Below, one piece after another: positions 9,843 through 20,600 of a stretch of 64,000 nt of DNA (within the stretch, counting starts at the first letter, position 1; every line of letters begins with the position of its first letter). A model generated the notes under the pieces. That model did no database searches and was not told the DNA's origin. It worked only from the letters and a program-made list of their open reading frames with translations. This stretch comes from an uncultured Bacteroidales bacterium (GTDB taxonomy: Bacteria > Bacteroidota > Bacteroidia > Bacteroidales > P3). A program made the position numbers and the translations under genes. The stretch spans positions 8,458 to 72,457 of the forward strand of contig CALGGY010000155.1 in NCBI GenBank assembly GCA_937915785.1, read 5' to 3'.

Positions 9843-10844
9843 TTATTTGCCGCAGGCTTGTGTTGCTGTGATGGACACCACATTTACGATATCTTCCACG
9901 GAGCATCCGCGCGAGAGGTCGTTGATAGGAGCTGCCATACCTTGCATGATGGGTCCTATGGCTTCGGCTTCGGCGAATTGCTGAACGAGTTTGTAAGCGA
10001 TATTGCCCACTTCGAGCGAGGGAAACACCAGCACATTGGCCTTGCCTGCCACAGGACTGCCGGGGGCTTTGGAGGCACCCACCTTAGGAACAATGGCTGC
10101 GTCGGCTTGCAGTTCGCCGTCGATAACAAGGTCAGGGTTCATCTCTTTGGCAATGCGGGTGGCGTTCACCACTTTGTCAACGAGCTCGTGTTTGGCGGAG
10201 CCTTTGGTGGAGAAGCTGAGCATGGCAATGCGAGGGTCGATGCCGGCTATGTTTTTGGCTGTTTGTGCTGTTACCACGGCTATTTGTGCCAGTTTGTTCT
10301 CGTCCGTATTGGGATCAGCTGCGCAGTCGGCGAATACCATGATGCCGTCGTCGCCCCATTTTTTGTCTTTAAACACCATAATGAAAGCACCGGAAACCAC
10401 GCTGATGCCGGGCAGGGTTTTCACTATCTGGAAAGCGGGACGCAGCACGTCGCCAGTGGCGTTGCGGGCTCCGGCCACTTCGCCGTCGGCTTCTTTATTT
10501 TTTATAAGGAGTGTGCCGAGGTAGAGAGGGTCTTCCACCAGTTTCATGGCTTCGGGCATCTGCATGCCTTTGCTTTTGCGTATCTCGCACAGCATTTGGG
10601 CGTAGAATTCCTTTTTTGGGTTGTTTTTGGGGTCGATGATGGTGGCTTGGCCGATGTTTTTGAGTCCCCATTCGGCGGCCAGTTTTTTTATTTCCTGCTC
10701 GTTGCCGAGAAGTATGAGTTTAGCTATTCCTTCCTGCAGAATGATATCGGCAGCTTTAAGGGTGCGCTCTTCGTTGCCTTCGGGCAGAACGATGCATTTT
10801 CCGGCGGCTTTTGCCGTTGCTTTGATTTTTGACATTAAGTCCAT
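9843..10844 (-). CDS. pta: Phosphate acetyltransferase
   Basis: The 333-aa ORF carries IVLPEGNEERTLKAA, typical of the short Pta form. It is collinear over its full length. Confidence 0.92.
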   Translation of the reverse strand: MDLMSKIKATAKAAGKCIVLPEGNEERTLKAADIILQEGIAKLILLGNEQEIKKLAAEWGLKNIGQATIIDPKNNPKKEFYAQMLCEIRKSKGMQMPEAMKLVEDPLYLGTLLIKNKEADGEVAGARNATGDVLRPAFQIVKTLPGISVVSGAFIMVFKDKKWGDDGIMVFADCAADPNTDENKLAQIAVVTAQTAKNIAGIDPRIAMLSFSTKGSAKHELVDKVVNATRIAKEMNPDLVIDGELQADAAIVPKVGASKAPGSPVAGKANVLVFPSLEVGNIAYKLVQQFAEAEAIGPIMQGMAAPINDLSRGCSVEDIVNVVSITATQACGK

Positions 10845-10868
10845 AACTCTCTGTTTTTTTTTGAATTA

Positions 10869-12524
10869 TTATTTTTTTATCAGTATGGGTTTTGTGTATC
10901 GGTTGCCGTTCACAGTAACTACGAGGCGGTAAGCTCCGCTTGGCAGGGCGCTGAGGTTTATTTTGTGGACGTTGGTGGAGAACACGGTACGTGCCTGTAT
11001 GGCTATGCGTCCCATCATGTCGTAAACGGTGTAGGAGGCTTCGCCGAGGTCGGGTATGTCGATGTTGAATATGCCGGTGGAAGGCATTGGGCAGATAGTC
11101 ATTGTTGCTGTTTCTTGAGAGGCCTGTTCGATGCCCACAGAGGCGTTGTAGTTAAGTCCTTGGCAGCTTGTGGCTCCGCTACTTTGGGGGTCGAGCCAGT
11201 TGCTGAGACGTGTGGCGTTGGTGCCACCACCAGTCCACGACTTGTCGAAACGTCCGTACATGTCGTACATATAATCGGAATAATTGACATATTGGCAATC
11301 ACTTGAACCTCCTTTCAACTGCCCAATCACGAGTTTGTTGGCGTTGAACAAAGCAGAGCCTGAGGAGCCTCTTTCAACGCATCCTTGATTGGAAGAGCCT
11401 GTTTTCCAGCTGACATACCAGAAATTGACATTGCTACCCGACATGGCCTGCACGTTGCGGGGTATGGATATTTTTTTCCAGTCGCCAAACGGGTGGTGTA
11501 TGCAGCAACCCACAAGGCTTGAAGTGCTGCGCGACCAGCCTGCATAATACACTTGGTACGAAGCTGGGATTGAGGAGTTCAACCGCATGAGCAGGAAATC
11601 GGATGAGGCATAGTTGGCCAACTTGGTGGCACCGGTAAGACTTTGGCTGCGGTTGCCCGAAGTGCCGGTACAAGTTGATGTCTGGGCATTGAAATAGAAA
11701 GTGAACGTAACGCTGGTAAGGCTGCTGAAATCTTCGATACAGTGGTTGGCAGACAGCATGTAGTTGGTCTTGTTGTTTGATGTGTTGTTTATCATGGTGC
11801 CGGTGCACATATATCCATCTCCGCCGTAGGTCATATACATAAGCACGACGGAGCGTTTTTGGTCGGCCCAGTTGTTGCCTATGGTGCAAGCCACGTTAAT
11901 CTCACAGCTTCCCGACGAGTTGTCGAGGATTTTTTCGTTTTTGCGGTTGGTGAATTCGAGGAAAGGCTTGTAGCCGTGCGCCACCTGCGATATTTCGAGA
12001 GTACCTTTTCCGGCCACTTGGGCGGGTTCGTAGTATTCAACAATGAATTCGTCGCCGGGCAGTGCCTGCGTGTAAAAACCGCCGTCCTCGTTGGTGTTTT
12101 CGATATTGAATCCGCCAATAACGAAAGAACGGTCGGGAGTGTAGATGAAGAGTTCGGCGCCTTCGGGTATGTCGAACTTGCTAAAGATGGGGAAAGTGTG
12201 TTCGGCACCTTCGGTTTTTATGCCGATACGCCAAACAACGTCGCCGCTGGGCAGCGTTGTAGTAAGACCGTGTGTTTTGTTGGAGATGCTTACATTTTGC
12301 ATCACGCTGAGGCGGTACGGGTGGTCTTTGCCGTCGACTTGCATATCCTCAAGGATATATTTGTTGTTGTCGATACGGGCAAGGCGTTCGGTTGGAACTG
12401 CCTGTTGCGATTGGGACACAAGTGGTTCGGTAACTACCTTTGGTTTGCCGTCGAAGCCAAGCTGTGCGTTGGCTTGCATAATTAAGGCAAACAGTGCTGC
12501 CAATATGAGCAGTTTGCGTTTCAT
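10869..12524 (-). CDS. Secreted S1-family (lysyl-endopeptidase-like) serine protease with a T9SS C-terminal sorting domain
   Basis: The 551-aa ORF has a signal peptide and a candidate catalytic triad: His in LSANHC, Asp in SSDFLLMRL and Ser in RGSSGSALF. The C-terminal ~80 aa (ICPMPSTGIFNIDIP...YRLVVTVNGNRYTKPILIKK) looks like a T9SS CTD. Confidence 0.8.
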   Translation of the reverse strand: MKRKLLILAALFALIMQANAQLGFDGKPKVVTEPLVSQSQQAVPTERLARIDNNKYILEDMQVDGKDHPYRLSVMQNVSISNKTHGLTTTLPSGDVVWRIGIKTEGAEHTFPIFSKFDIPEGAELFIYTPDRSFVIGGFNIENTNEDGGFYTQALPGDEFIVEYYEPAQVAGKGTLEISQVAHGYKPFLEFTNRKNEKILDNSSGSCEINVACTIGNNWADQKRSVVLMYMTYGGDGYMCTGTMINNTSNNKTNYMLSANHCIEDFSSLTSVTFTFYFNAQTSTCTGTSGNRSQSLTGATKLANYASSDFLLMRLNSSIPASYQVYYAGWSRSTSSLVGCCIHHPFGDWKKISIPRNVQAMSGSNVNFWYVSWKTGSSNQGCVERGSSGSALFNANKLVIGQLKGGSSDCQYVNYSDYMYDMYGRFDKSWTGGGTNATRLSNWLDPQSSGATSCQGLNYNASVGIEQASQETATMTICPMPSTGIFNIDIPDLGEASYTVYDMMGRIAIQARTVFSTNVHKINLSALPSGAYRLVVTVNGNRYTKPILIKK

Positions 12525-12546
12525 GTTTGTATGATTTTGAAGTTTG

Positions 12547-12554
12547 CAAAGTTA
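12547..12554 (-). promoter_or_regulatory. Bacteroidota -7 promoter box (TAACTTTG on the minus strand)
   Basis: Matches TAnnTTTG 23 nt upstream of the protease ATG. Confidence 0.35.
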
Positions 12555-12712
12555 CGTTTTTTAATCGAATTATTCAACATTTTCTATTAACCATCTGATT
12601 GTTATTTGTTTAGATATACTAAAAATTGCCTATCACTGAGAATTGGCACGCCAATGGAGACGTTGTTTGAAACTATGTTGAACATTTTTTGCAGATTGGG
12701 AATGCATCAATT

Positions 12713-13645
12713 TTACTGTTTCGAAACATTTTGCATGTCTATCATGTCGAGGTCGGTGGCGGCGATAGTGTTGGGGAAAATGCTGTGGGCCTCATCGAGC
12801 AGAGGTGTGATGTCCTTGAATCGTGCCGAGAAATGAGTGAGCAGTAGCTGTCCCACGCCGGCTTGTTTGGCCAAAGTAGCCGCCTGAACGGTGGTGCCGT
12901 GTCCCTTGCTTATGGCAAGGTCGGTATTTTTGGAATCGAAAGTGCAGTCGAAACAAAGCAGCTCTACGCCGTTGAGTATGGGGATAAGATTTTCGTTGTA
13001 CGAGGTGTCGCAGCAATAGGCGTAGCGTTTGGGCTGTTTGGGCTGTTGGGTTAGTAGCGAGTTGGGAATTACTGTGCCATCGGGCATAAGGTAGTCGGCG
13101 CCCTGCTTTATTTTCTGCATGTCGTCGGCGGAGAGGTTGTATTGTGTGGCAACATTGCGTTTCAGCGAGAGAGCGTTTTTTCTTTTTTCTTCGATAATAA
13201 AGCCGTAGGTTTCGATAGAGTGATAGATGGGGAACGAGCGGATGGTGCACTTGTTGTTGGAGAGTATGGGTTGCTGCGTGTCGGGGCCAATGGTGTGGAT
13301 ATTGAGCGGGAATGCCAGCGCGGTATTGCTGACGCGGAAAATGGCGCCGAGAACTTCGTTGAGCCCTTGTGGGGCGAAAATATCGAGAGGTTCGGTGCGG
13401 CCACACAGGTGCATGGACGAGATAAGTCCGGGCAAACCGAAGAAATGGTCGCCATGCAGGTGCGAAATAAGTATGGTGCCTATGGACTGCATTTTCACAT
13501 GTGCGCGGCGTATCTGGTTCTGCACTCCTTCGCCGGCATCGATAAGTATTTTGAAGCCTTCCACATTAACCACCTGTGCCGAACAAGAGCGGTGGCCTGT
13601 AGGCATCGAGGCGCCACTGCCCAAAATATGTACAAAAAAGCCCAT
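12713..13645 (-). CDS. rnz: Ribonuclease Z
   Basis: The 310-aa ORF carries the metallo-beta-lactamase motif ISHLHGDHFFGLPG and the N-terminus HILGSGASMPT. Confidence 0.93.
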   Translation of the reverse strand: MGFFVHILGSGASMPTGHRSCSAQVVNVEGFKILIDAGEGVQNQIRRAHVKMQSIGTILISHLHGDHFFGLPGLISSMHLCGRTEPLDIFAPQGLNEVLGAIFRVSNTALAFPLNIHTIGPDTQQPILSNNKCTIRSFPIYHSIETYGFIIEEKRKNALSLKRNVATQYNLSADDMQKIKQGADYLMPDGTVIPNSLLTQQPKQPKRYAYCCDTSYNENLIPILNGVELLCFDCTFDSKNTDLAISKGHGTTVQAATLAKQAGVGQLLLTHFSARFKDITPLLDEAHSIFPNTIAATDLDMIDMQNVSKQ

Positions 13646-13658
13646 TGTCGATATGATT

Positions 13659-14819
13659 TTAGTGTTTTCTGAGATATTGCAGTTCGCCGGTACGCTGGTC
13701 GAACACGGCTTCCACTTTTCGCGAAGGAAGTTCTACAATGGTGCCGAACTGCGACACTTTCACGGTTTTCTGCTTTGTGAAACCGGGGGTAATAAAATTG
13801 ACGCGTGTAACTTCGGGGACACGGTATTTGAAAGCCGATGTATTGGAGCGTGCCGATGTTTTTTTGTGATTATGGTTTTTGGAAGGCTTGCCTTTGGCAT
13901 AACGCGACACTGCGCGCAGGCTGTTTTCGATGGTGAGGTTGCAATAGATGGGGATGGCCTCCTCGTCGGTGCTGTCGGCCACACCGGTTTGTGGCGAGAA
14001 CCTGAAGAGCTCCACAATCTGGTCGTCGACAACAACTTTCGACACTTCGGGATCGACATAAAACACTTTGGTAATCTCTGTTTTAACCCCTGTAAAGAGC
14101 TGCAGCAGGCGTTTTTCCTCTTTATCCAACGATGAATAAACGAAAGTTAGGGCGTTTTCGTTGTACGACGACTCGTACTCGCCATAAAGGATTTCCATTT
14201 TTTTCTGCTGGATTTCAGATATCTGCTTGGCCGTTTCTTCGGCACGCTGTTCGTCAGTTTTTTCTACCGAAGAACGTATCAGGACGGCATTTTCGCTGTT
14301 TCCCGAAATGCCATGGCGAGTGTAAAGGGTATCCACCTGTTCGTAAAGGTTATAGTTGGCGGCGGAGTAAAGGAATTCCGAAATGTCAAGCCTGTCCACC
14401 TGCTCCACGCTATATTCGTCGGGGGCGGCGGTTTCCACAAAACTGCTGTTTATAGCACGTAGCAGGCCTTTGGGAGAGACCTGAACGGAGATGTCCGAGA
14501 AGCGTGGTTCGACGTAGTAAAAGTGGTCGGGGTCGGGTTCGGCCACAGCCGAGATATCCACATCGGCAATGCGCCATGCACGGGAGTCGTCCACTTCGAT
14601 GCCAAGAAGTTTTTCGGCATAATCGGCGTATGGTGCGAGGTCGAAATTGGTGTACTCGAAAGTTACAGCAAGGCGGATTCTTGTTTTTGGCAATGAATAG
14701 AAAATGCCACCTTTGAGGTTTTGCGAAGGTCGGCCTTTGACCTGACGCACTGTGTACGAACAGCCGCTAAAAACGAATAGCGGAAGCAAAAGCAGTACAC
14801 ATTTTTTCAATATCTTCAT
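13659..14819 (-). CDS. Lipoprotein of unknown function (possibly DUF4831-type)
   Basis: The 386-aa ORF has the lipoprotein signal LLLLPLFVFSGC. It is tightly packed between the symporter and rnz. The family name is a recollection and was not verified. Confidence 0.7.
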   Translation of the reverse strand: MKILKKCVLLLLPLFVFSGCSYTVRQVKGRPSQNLKGGIFYSLPKTRIRLAVTFEYTNFDLAPYADYAEKLLGIEVDDSRAWRIADVDISAVAEPDPDHFYYVEPRFSDISVQVSPKGLLRAINSSFVETAAPDEYSVEQVDRLDISEFLYSAANYNLYEQVDTLYTRHGISGNSENAVLIRSSVEKTDEQRAEETAKQISEIQQKKMEILYGEYESSYNENALTFVYSSLDKEEKRLLQLFTGVKTEITKVFYVDPEVSKVVVDDQIVELFRFSPQTGVADSTDEEAIPIYCNLTIENSLRAVSRYAKGKPSKNHNHKKTSARSNTSAFKYRVPEVTRVNFITPGFTKQKTVKVSQFGTIVELPSRKVEAVFDQRTGELQYLRKH

Positions 14820-14823
14820 AAAT

Positions 14824-16290
14824 TTATTTTTTCTTTTTAGACATAGCCAATAGTCCGAAAAATGTTATCAAGCCATTTATTATAAGCAGTTCGAATCCGA
14901 ACTTGTAGCCACCAAACCAATCCTGAGAACACACTTTGAGGATGTAACAGATTATGGGCGAGAGTATTGCAACCACGGGGACCCACTTGTCGCGCGTGCG
15001 GCGTTTTGTGAATAGCCCGAAACAGAACAATCCCAGCAGCGGTCCGTAGGTAAATCCTGCCACATCGAAAAGGGTGTCGATCAGCGACTGAGTGTGGAAT
15101 GGCCTGAAGGCAATGATTACCAGCAAATAAAGCACTGCAAAAGCCACGTGCACCCATCTGCGTATTTTCAGTTCGTTGTGCCGAGCCTCGGAGCCTTGTT
15201 TGCCAAAACCGAGAAAATCGTAGCAGAAGGTAGTGGTAAGTGCAGTGAGGGTACCATCGGCGCTGGAATAGCCTGCAGCCACCATGCCGAGCACAAACAT
15301 CACTGCGGTGAACCCACTGAAGCTGAAGGCTATGGACGGGAAAATTTTGTCGGGCACCACATTGCCGGCAGCATCCACTGGCAGCTCAAATCCTGTTTTC
15401 GAGGCGTAGGTGAGCAGGGCGGCACCAAGGCAAAGAAACAATATGTTTACCACGATAAACAGCAGGCTGCTGGTCATCACGTTTTTCTGTGCGTCGCGCA
15501 AACTCTTGCATGTGAGGTTTTTTTGCATCATATCTTGGTCGAGACCCGTCATGGTGATGGTTATGAACATTCCGGCAAGTACTTGCTTAACCCAGAATTT
15601 CGGTGCCGATGGGTCGGTTTCGAACATGTGTGTGTAGCCTTGGTCGTGGGAGAAACTCAGCAATTCGCCCACGCCCATGTTAAGGCTTTTCAGTATTACC
15701 ACCACTGTGGCGACGGCGGCAAGGAGAAGAAAAGTGGTTTGCAGAGTATCTGTCCACACCACAGTTTTTATTCCTCCACGGAAAGTGTAGAGCAATATGA
15801 TGGCTATAAATACCACTGCCGGCACCCAAAATGGAATGCCCCATGCACTGAAAACGAACTCGTACAGCACAAACACCACCAGATACATACGCAATGCGGA
15901 GCCCAGCAACCGCGATAGTATGAAAAACAGCGAGCCGGTTTTTTCGCTTGCTTTGCCAAAACGCACTTCAAGGTAGGTGTATATGGAGGTGAGGTTGAGT
16001 TTGTAATACAATGGCAGGAGAACAAGGGCTATTGCCGCGTAGCCAAGCACGTAGCCAAACACCAGCGGCATGTATGTCCACGCGCCGCTGTAAACGCCGC
16101 CCGGCACCGACATAAAGGTTACCCCCGAAAGGGATGCGCCAATCATGCCGTATGCCACCACATACCATGGCGACTTGCGGTTGCCGCGAAAGAAAGCGTC
16201 GTTGCCGGCACCCTTGCGCGAGGTAAGCCACATAACAAGGAACAGAAGCGCCGTGTAAGCCAGAAAACAGAGCAGTATTATCGTTTCCAT
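14824..16290 (-). CDS. Sodium:solute symporter family transporter
   Basis: The 488-aa polytopic membrane protein has the N-terminal pattern FFRGNRKSPWYVVAYGMIGASLSGVTFMSVPG, typical of the SSS family. Confidence 0.88.
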   Translation of the reverse strand: METIILLCFLAYTALLFLVMWLTSRKGAGNDAFFRGNRKSPWYVVAYGMIGASLSGVTFMSVPGGVYSGAWTYMPLVFGYVLGYAAIALVLLPLYYKLNLTSIYTYLEVRFGKASEKTGSLFFILSRLLGSALRMYLVVFVLYEFVFSAWGIPFWVPAVVFIAIILLYTFRGGIKTVVWTDTLQTTFLLLAAVATVVVILKSLNMGVGELLSFSHDQGYTHMFETDPSAPKFWVKQVLAGMFITITMTGLDQDMMQKNLTCKSLRDAQKNVMTSSLLFIVVNILFLCLGAALLTYASKTGFELPVDAAGNVVPDKIFPSIAFSFSGFTAVMFVLGMVAAGYSSADGTLTALTTTFCYDFLGFGKQGSEARHNELKIRRWVHVAFAVLYLLVIIAFRPFHTQSLIDTLFDVAGFTYGPLLGLFCFGLFTKRRTRDKWVPVVAILSPIICYILKVCSQDWFGGYKFGFELLIINGLITFFGLLAMSKKKK

Positions 16291-16295
16291 CGCAA

Positions 16296-17576
16296 TTATT
16301 GAACCATTACAAGGTAGTAATTTTTCTTACCCTTCTGTACAACGATATAGGAACCTGCCAGCACGTCGGTTGACGTAACGGAGTAGCCTTCGGCAATTTT
16401 GGCTTTGTTTATGGATATTGAGTTTTCTTTGAGGGCGCGTTTTATCTCTCCTTTCGAGGCGAAGACGTTGGTTTCTACTGCAAGCAGGTCCACCACATCG
16501 ATTCCGGCATCTATCTTGCTTTTTGCAATGGAGAATTGGGGTACACCCTCGAAAACGGAGGCAATGGTATCCTTGTCGAGGGTTTGAAGTTGTTCTTTGG
16601 TGCCTTTGCCAAAAAGGATTTCGGAGGCTGCCACGGCTTGTTCGTAGTCTTTCTGCGAATGCACACGCACGGTGATGTCCTTGGCCAGAGCCTTTTGCAG
16701 CAGGCGCAGGTGCGGTGCTTGGGCGTGTTCGGCTTCGATGGCCTCAATTTCCTCTTTGGGGAGCAGTGTGAAAATGCGGATATATTTCACCGAGTCCTCG
16801 TCGGAGCAGTTGAGCCAGAACTGGTAGAACTTGTACGGCGAAGTCTTGACTGGGTCGAGCCATACGTTTCCGCCCTCGGTTTTTCCAAATTTGGTGCCGT
16901 CGGCTTTGGTTATCAGCGGGCAGGTGAGAGCAAAAGCCTCGCCGCCTTCCATGCGTCGTATAAGCTCGGTACCGGTGGTGATGTTGCCCCACTGGTCGGA
17001 GCCGCCCATCTGCAGTTTGCAGCCGCATTTACGGTAGAGTGTGAGGAAATCGTAGCCCTGCAGCAGCTGGTACGAAAATTCGGTGAAGGAGATGCCCGTT
17101 TCCATGCGCTTTTTAACGGAGTCCTTGGCCATCATATAATTGACGGTGATATGTTTGCCCACGTCGCGAATAAAGTCAAGGAACAGGTAGTCCTTCATCC
17201 AGTCGTAGTTGTTCATCATTTGTGCGGCATTGTCGCCGTTGTTGAAATCGAGGAATTTGGACAGCTGTTTTCGGATACACTCCACATTGTGCTGTATTTC
17301 TTCTACTGTAAGCAGTTTGCGTTCGGCAGCTTTGAATGACGGGTCGCCTATCATGCCTGTGGCGCCACCAACAAGGGCAATGGGTTTGTGTCCGGCGGCC
17401 TGCAGGTGCTTGAGCATCATAATGCTTACGAGGTGTCCTATATGGAGCGAGTCGGCGGTGGGGTCGATACCCACGTAAGCCACTGTCATTTCTTTGTCCA
17501 GCTGTTCTTCAGTGCCTGGCATCATGTCGTGTATCATGCCACGCCAGCGCAGTTCTTCTACGAAATTGGTTTTCAT
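16296..17576 (-). CDS. tyrS: Tyrosine--tRNA ligase
   Basis: The 426-aa ORF has the HIGH motif (SLHIGHLV), a KMSKS-type motif (KFGKT) and a C-terminal S4-like domain. Confidence 0.95.
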   Translation of the reverse strand: MKTNFVEELRWRGMIHDMMPGTEEQLDKEMTVAYVGIDPTADSLHIGHLVSIMMLKHLQAAGHKPIALVGGATGMIGDPSFKAAERKLLTVEEIQHNVECIRKQLSKFLDFNNGDNAAQMMNNYDWMKDYLFLDFIRDVGKHITVNYMMAKDSVKKRMETGISFTEFSYQLLQGYDFLTLYRKCGCKLQMGGSDQWGNITTGTELIRRMEGGEAFALTCPLITKADGTKFGKTEGGNVWLDPVKTSPYKFYQFWLNCSDEDSVKYIRIFTLLPKEEIEAIEAEHAQAPHLRLLQKALAKDITVRVHSQKDYEQAVAASEILFGKGTKEQLQTLDKDTIASVFEGVPQFSIAKSKIDAGIDVVDLLAVETNVFASKGEIKRALKENSISINKAKIAEGYSVTSTDVLAGSYIVVQKGKKNYYLVMVQ

Positions 17577-17590
17577 CGATATGCTTCGTT

Positions 17591-17622
17591 TAAAAAAAGA
17601 GGGTCATCGTGCAATGACCCTC
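17591..17622 (-). terminator. Rho-independent terminator after the 1006-aa T9SS cargo gene
   Basis: A 9-bp stem pairs gagggtcat (17599-17607) with atgaccctc (17614-17622). A minus-strand U7 run follows. Confidence 0.65.
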
Positions 17623-17646
17623 CGTATAACTGTGTTTTGGTACTAA

Positions 17647-20600
17647 TTATTTTACTATGAGTTTGGAGGTCATAGGCTGGGTGCCTGCCACAACGCGTAC
17701 CACATAAACGCCTTTGTTGAATTTGTCGCAAGGTATCACTTGTGAGTGAAGGCCGGTTTCCACTTTACCCAAAGCTTTGGTGTAAACCACTCTGCCAGAC
17801 ATGTCGTAAACTTGGATATCGGCTGTTGTGCTTTGAGCAACGGCGAAATCCACATGTGCCAGACCGAATGCTGGATTGGGGTAAACTTTAATACCATTTT
17901 GACTTGCAACTGGGGTTGCATCGTCGATAGCGATTTCGTTCACTGTGTCGGTGATGTACTGTTTATCCATATACAGGCCATGTCCGTAAGTGGCGTAGTA
18001 GATAGCGCCGGGATATTTGGTTTTGCCCCAAGCATATTGTTCTTCGTTGGCACCGCTTAAATATGTGGTTTCTTTGTATCTCATGCTGTTGGTCTGCTGT
18101 TTGATGGCAAACACGGGTGTTCCAACAAAGTTGCCGTGCAAATTCCATGTGGGCTGTGCACTTGCGATGTTTGAGGTGATGAACAAGCCGTTTTCGGAGC
18201 CTACATAAACGTTGCCAGTTGTCATTTCTATCATCGACGAGTAGAGAGGCATGGTTTTGGCCACCACGTTTTTGGCAGAAACATTATAATTGTTTGCTGC
18301 GTTGGTGATGTAGTAGAGGTTGGGTTCATCTTCGAAATCGCCGCAAGTAACCACTATGTTGTCGGTGCCTTGACGTGGGTCAACGGCAATGGAAGTGATT
18401 CTGCGTGCCAGCTTGTCGGAGCCGTTGAACACAACGGTGTCGACATCTATAACGCAGGGCGAATTGGGATCGCCTGGGTAGTAACTGAGCACTGTGGAGC
18501 TGTTGCCCGACAGGAGGTTTTTGAAACGAACCAGACGCGAGCCGCCGTCAACATCGTCGATAGCTATGTAGAGGCAGTCACCATCGTTGCTGATTGCGAG
18601 GCAATGAGGAACTGATTTTCTGAAGTTGATAAGGGATATCCACGACATTCCGCTCTCAGACCTTGAGAAATCGGTAGCTGTGTTGCACATATAAACCATG
18701 TTGCTGATACCGTTCAGGGAAGCCACAAAGAACCTGTTTTGGATGGGGTTTTTCACGGTGTGTGTAAGTTTGTCTTTGGCAACAAAAGTTGTTGGGAACA
18801 CATATTGGAACGGATAGTCGAAATGTCCGCGGCTACGCACGAGGATTGTATCGCCAGCTTGGATGGTGAAATCCATGCGAGCGGTGTCCGACAAATCGGG
18901 GTTGCGAACGTAGAGTTCTTCGTTGCCACGTTTCACCTTTGAATTGGTGTCGAGAGTGAATGTTACGCTATCTTCGATACGTGTGTCGGTTGTTGTTTCC
19001 CAAAGGAGCATTGGCGTTACATCGGGACCGTTGACAATGTTTCCGTTATGGAAATCGTTGCCGATGGACCAAGTCTGGGTATTGGTATAGTCGTTGTAAT
19101 CGGCGTAGGCGCGACCTATTGCAGACTGCTCGCTGGAAACGAATATGCAGCGACGGTTGATAGGCGATAGGAGTTGGAACATGGAGGAAGCCACGCCGGC
19201 ACCGGAACCTCTCCATATAACCTGAGCTGTGGTGTTGAGGGTACCGTTGTCGGAAGCGTTTCTTGATGCTATGAAAGAAACGGCGTTGTCCTGTGCTCCG
19301 CTAAGAACCGATGCGTCGTTGGCCACGGCAATGCTGTACGACTGTAGGGTTTTGAGGCCGTAGTTGCGCATGGTGAAAGAGTTGCCGGCATTGGAGGTAC
19401 TGAAAACGCCTCCATCGGTAGCGATGAAGAAAGTTCTTTGATCGGCACTTGTGTTGAGGTGAGCCGGGAAAACGATGTTGTGTATGCCCGAATGAACGAA
19501 TGACGAAGAAGAATAAACATTGTTCATATAGTCGCCGACGTTGAGGTCGTTTTCGGTATAGGCCGATTTGGTCCAAGTGTAGAGTGTGGCGCCTTCGAAA
19601 CCTTCGCCAATCCAGAGGGCGTTGCCGCCAACGGCTATTTTTTTAGGGTTGTCGGGGAAAACGGTGATGGCATTGTTGTGCCAGCCCGATTTTTTAGACG
19701 AGAAAATATTTGTTGTAGATGTGGTTATAATTTCCCAAACCTGCTGGTTGTTGGTCATGTAAACGCCCTTGGACAGGCCATTGGTGTCGGCAACAACGGC
19801 ATACACGTAATTTTCATCGGAAGGAGCCACGGCCACTTCGATGCGTGAAATGTTGCTTGTGTCTATGTAGTTGCTGGAAATTTCAACAAACTGTTGCGAG
19901 TCGCTTTCCACGTTGGTTATCTTATAGATTTTGTTCGTCGAAGTGAAGAACAATATTTTTTTAACCAATGAGAGGTCTACGTCCTGAACAGCTCCGCTGA
20001 AAATTTTAACAGGTGCATTGTTCCAATCGGAGTCCGACTGTATTTTCCAACGATAGAGGCCCGAATTGGTAGCAGCGTAGAAATACAGCACGTTGTTGTA
20101 TTCTGCAGCTGCAAGACGGTTGATGAAAGCCCATTCGTCGGTATTGGAGCTTATGGTGTCGGAGACTGGGGCTGTGGCAGGTATCACGGCATAGCTGGTG
20201 TCGTTCACCATACGATAAAGCCCGCGTCCCACAGGTGTGGAAACATGGTTGTTCATGCCCGTTTCAACAAAGCCTTCGCCTGTTCCGATGTATATAACGC
20301 CGTCGGAAGTTTGTGTCATGCAGGATATCGGCAGGTTCACTTGCACGCCGCTTGCCAGATACATTGGCACTTGTGTCCAGTGTTCGCCGCCGTCGGTGGT
20401 TTTGAACAGTCCGCCTGCTATGCCGCCTGCATACATTGTCTGGTTGGTAGAATCCTGATTGTCGAAAATCAAGGCTCTTACACGACCGGCGATATTATCC
20501 GGACCCAGTTCCACAATCTGGTCGTCTGCAGACTTGGCAACTTTTGCCTTGTCGTTCGAGTTGTTGACAGCCCTTCTGCCGATGCTGAAATTAGCGCTTG

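Noticed and set aside
9772-9906. Upstream extension of the RlpA-like ORF (8998..9906) overlapping the 3' end of pta.
   Set aside because: The signal peptide begins at Met46 (9771). The extension has no features and would overlap pta by 64 nt.
9843-10844. pta without an adjacent ackA, considered as a possible rearrangement signal.
   Set aside because: Gene order for ackA and pta varies between lineages, and ackA may simply lie outside this window. Nothing in the sequence indicates disruption.
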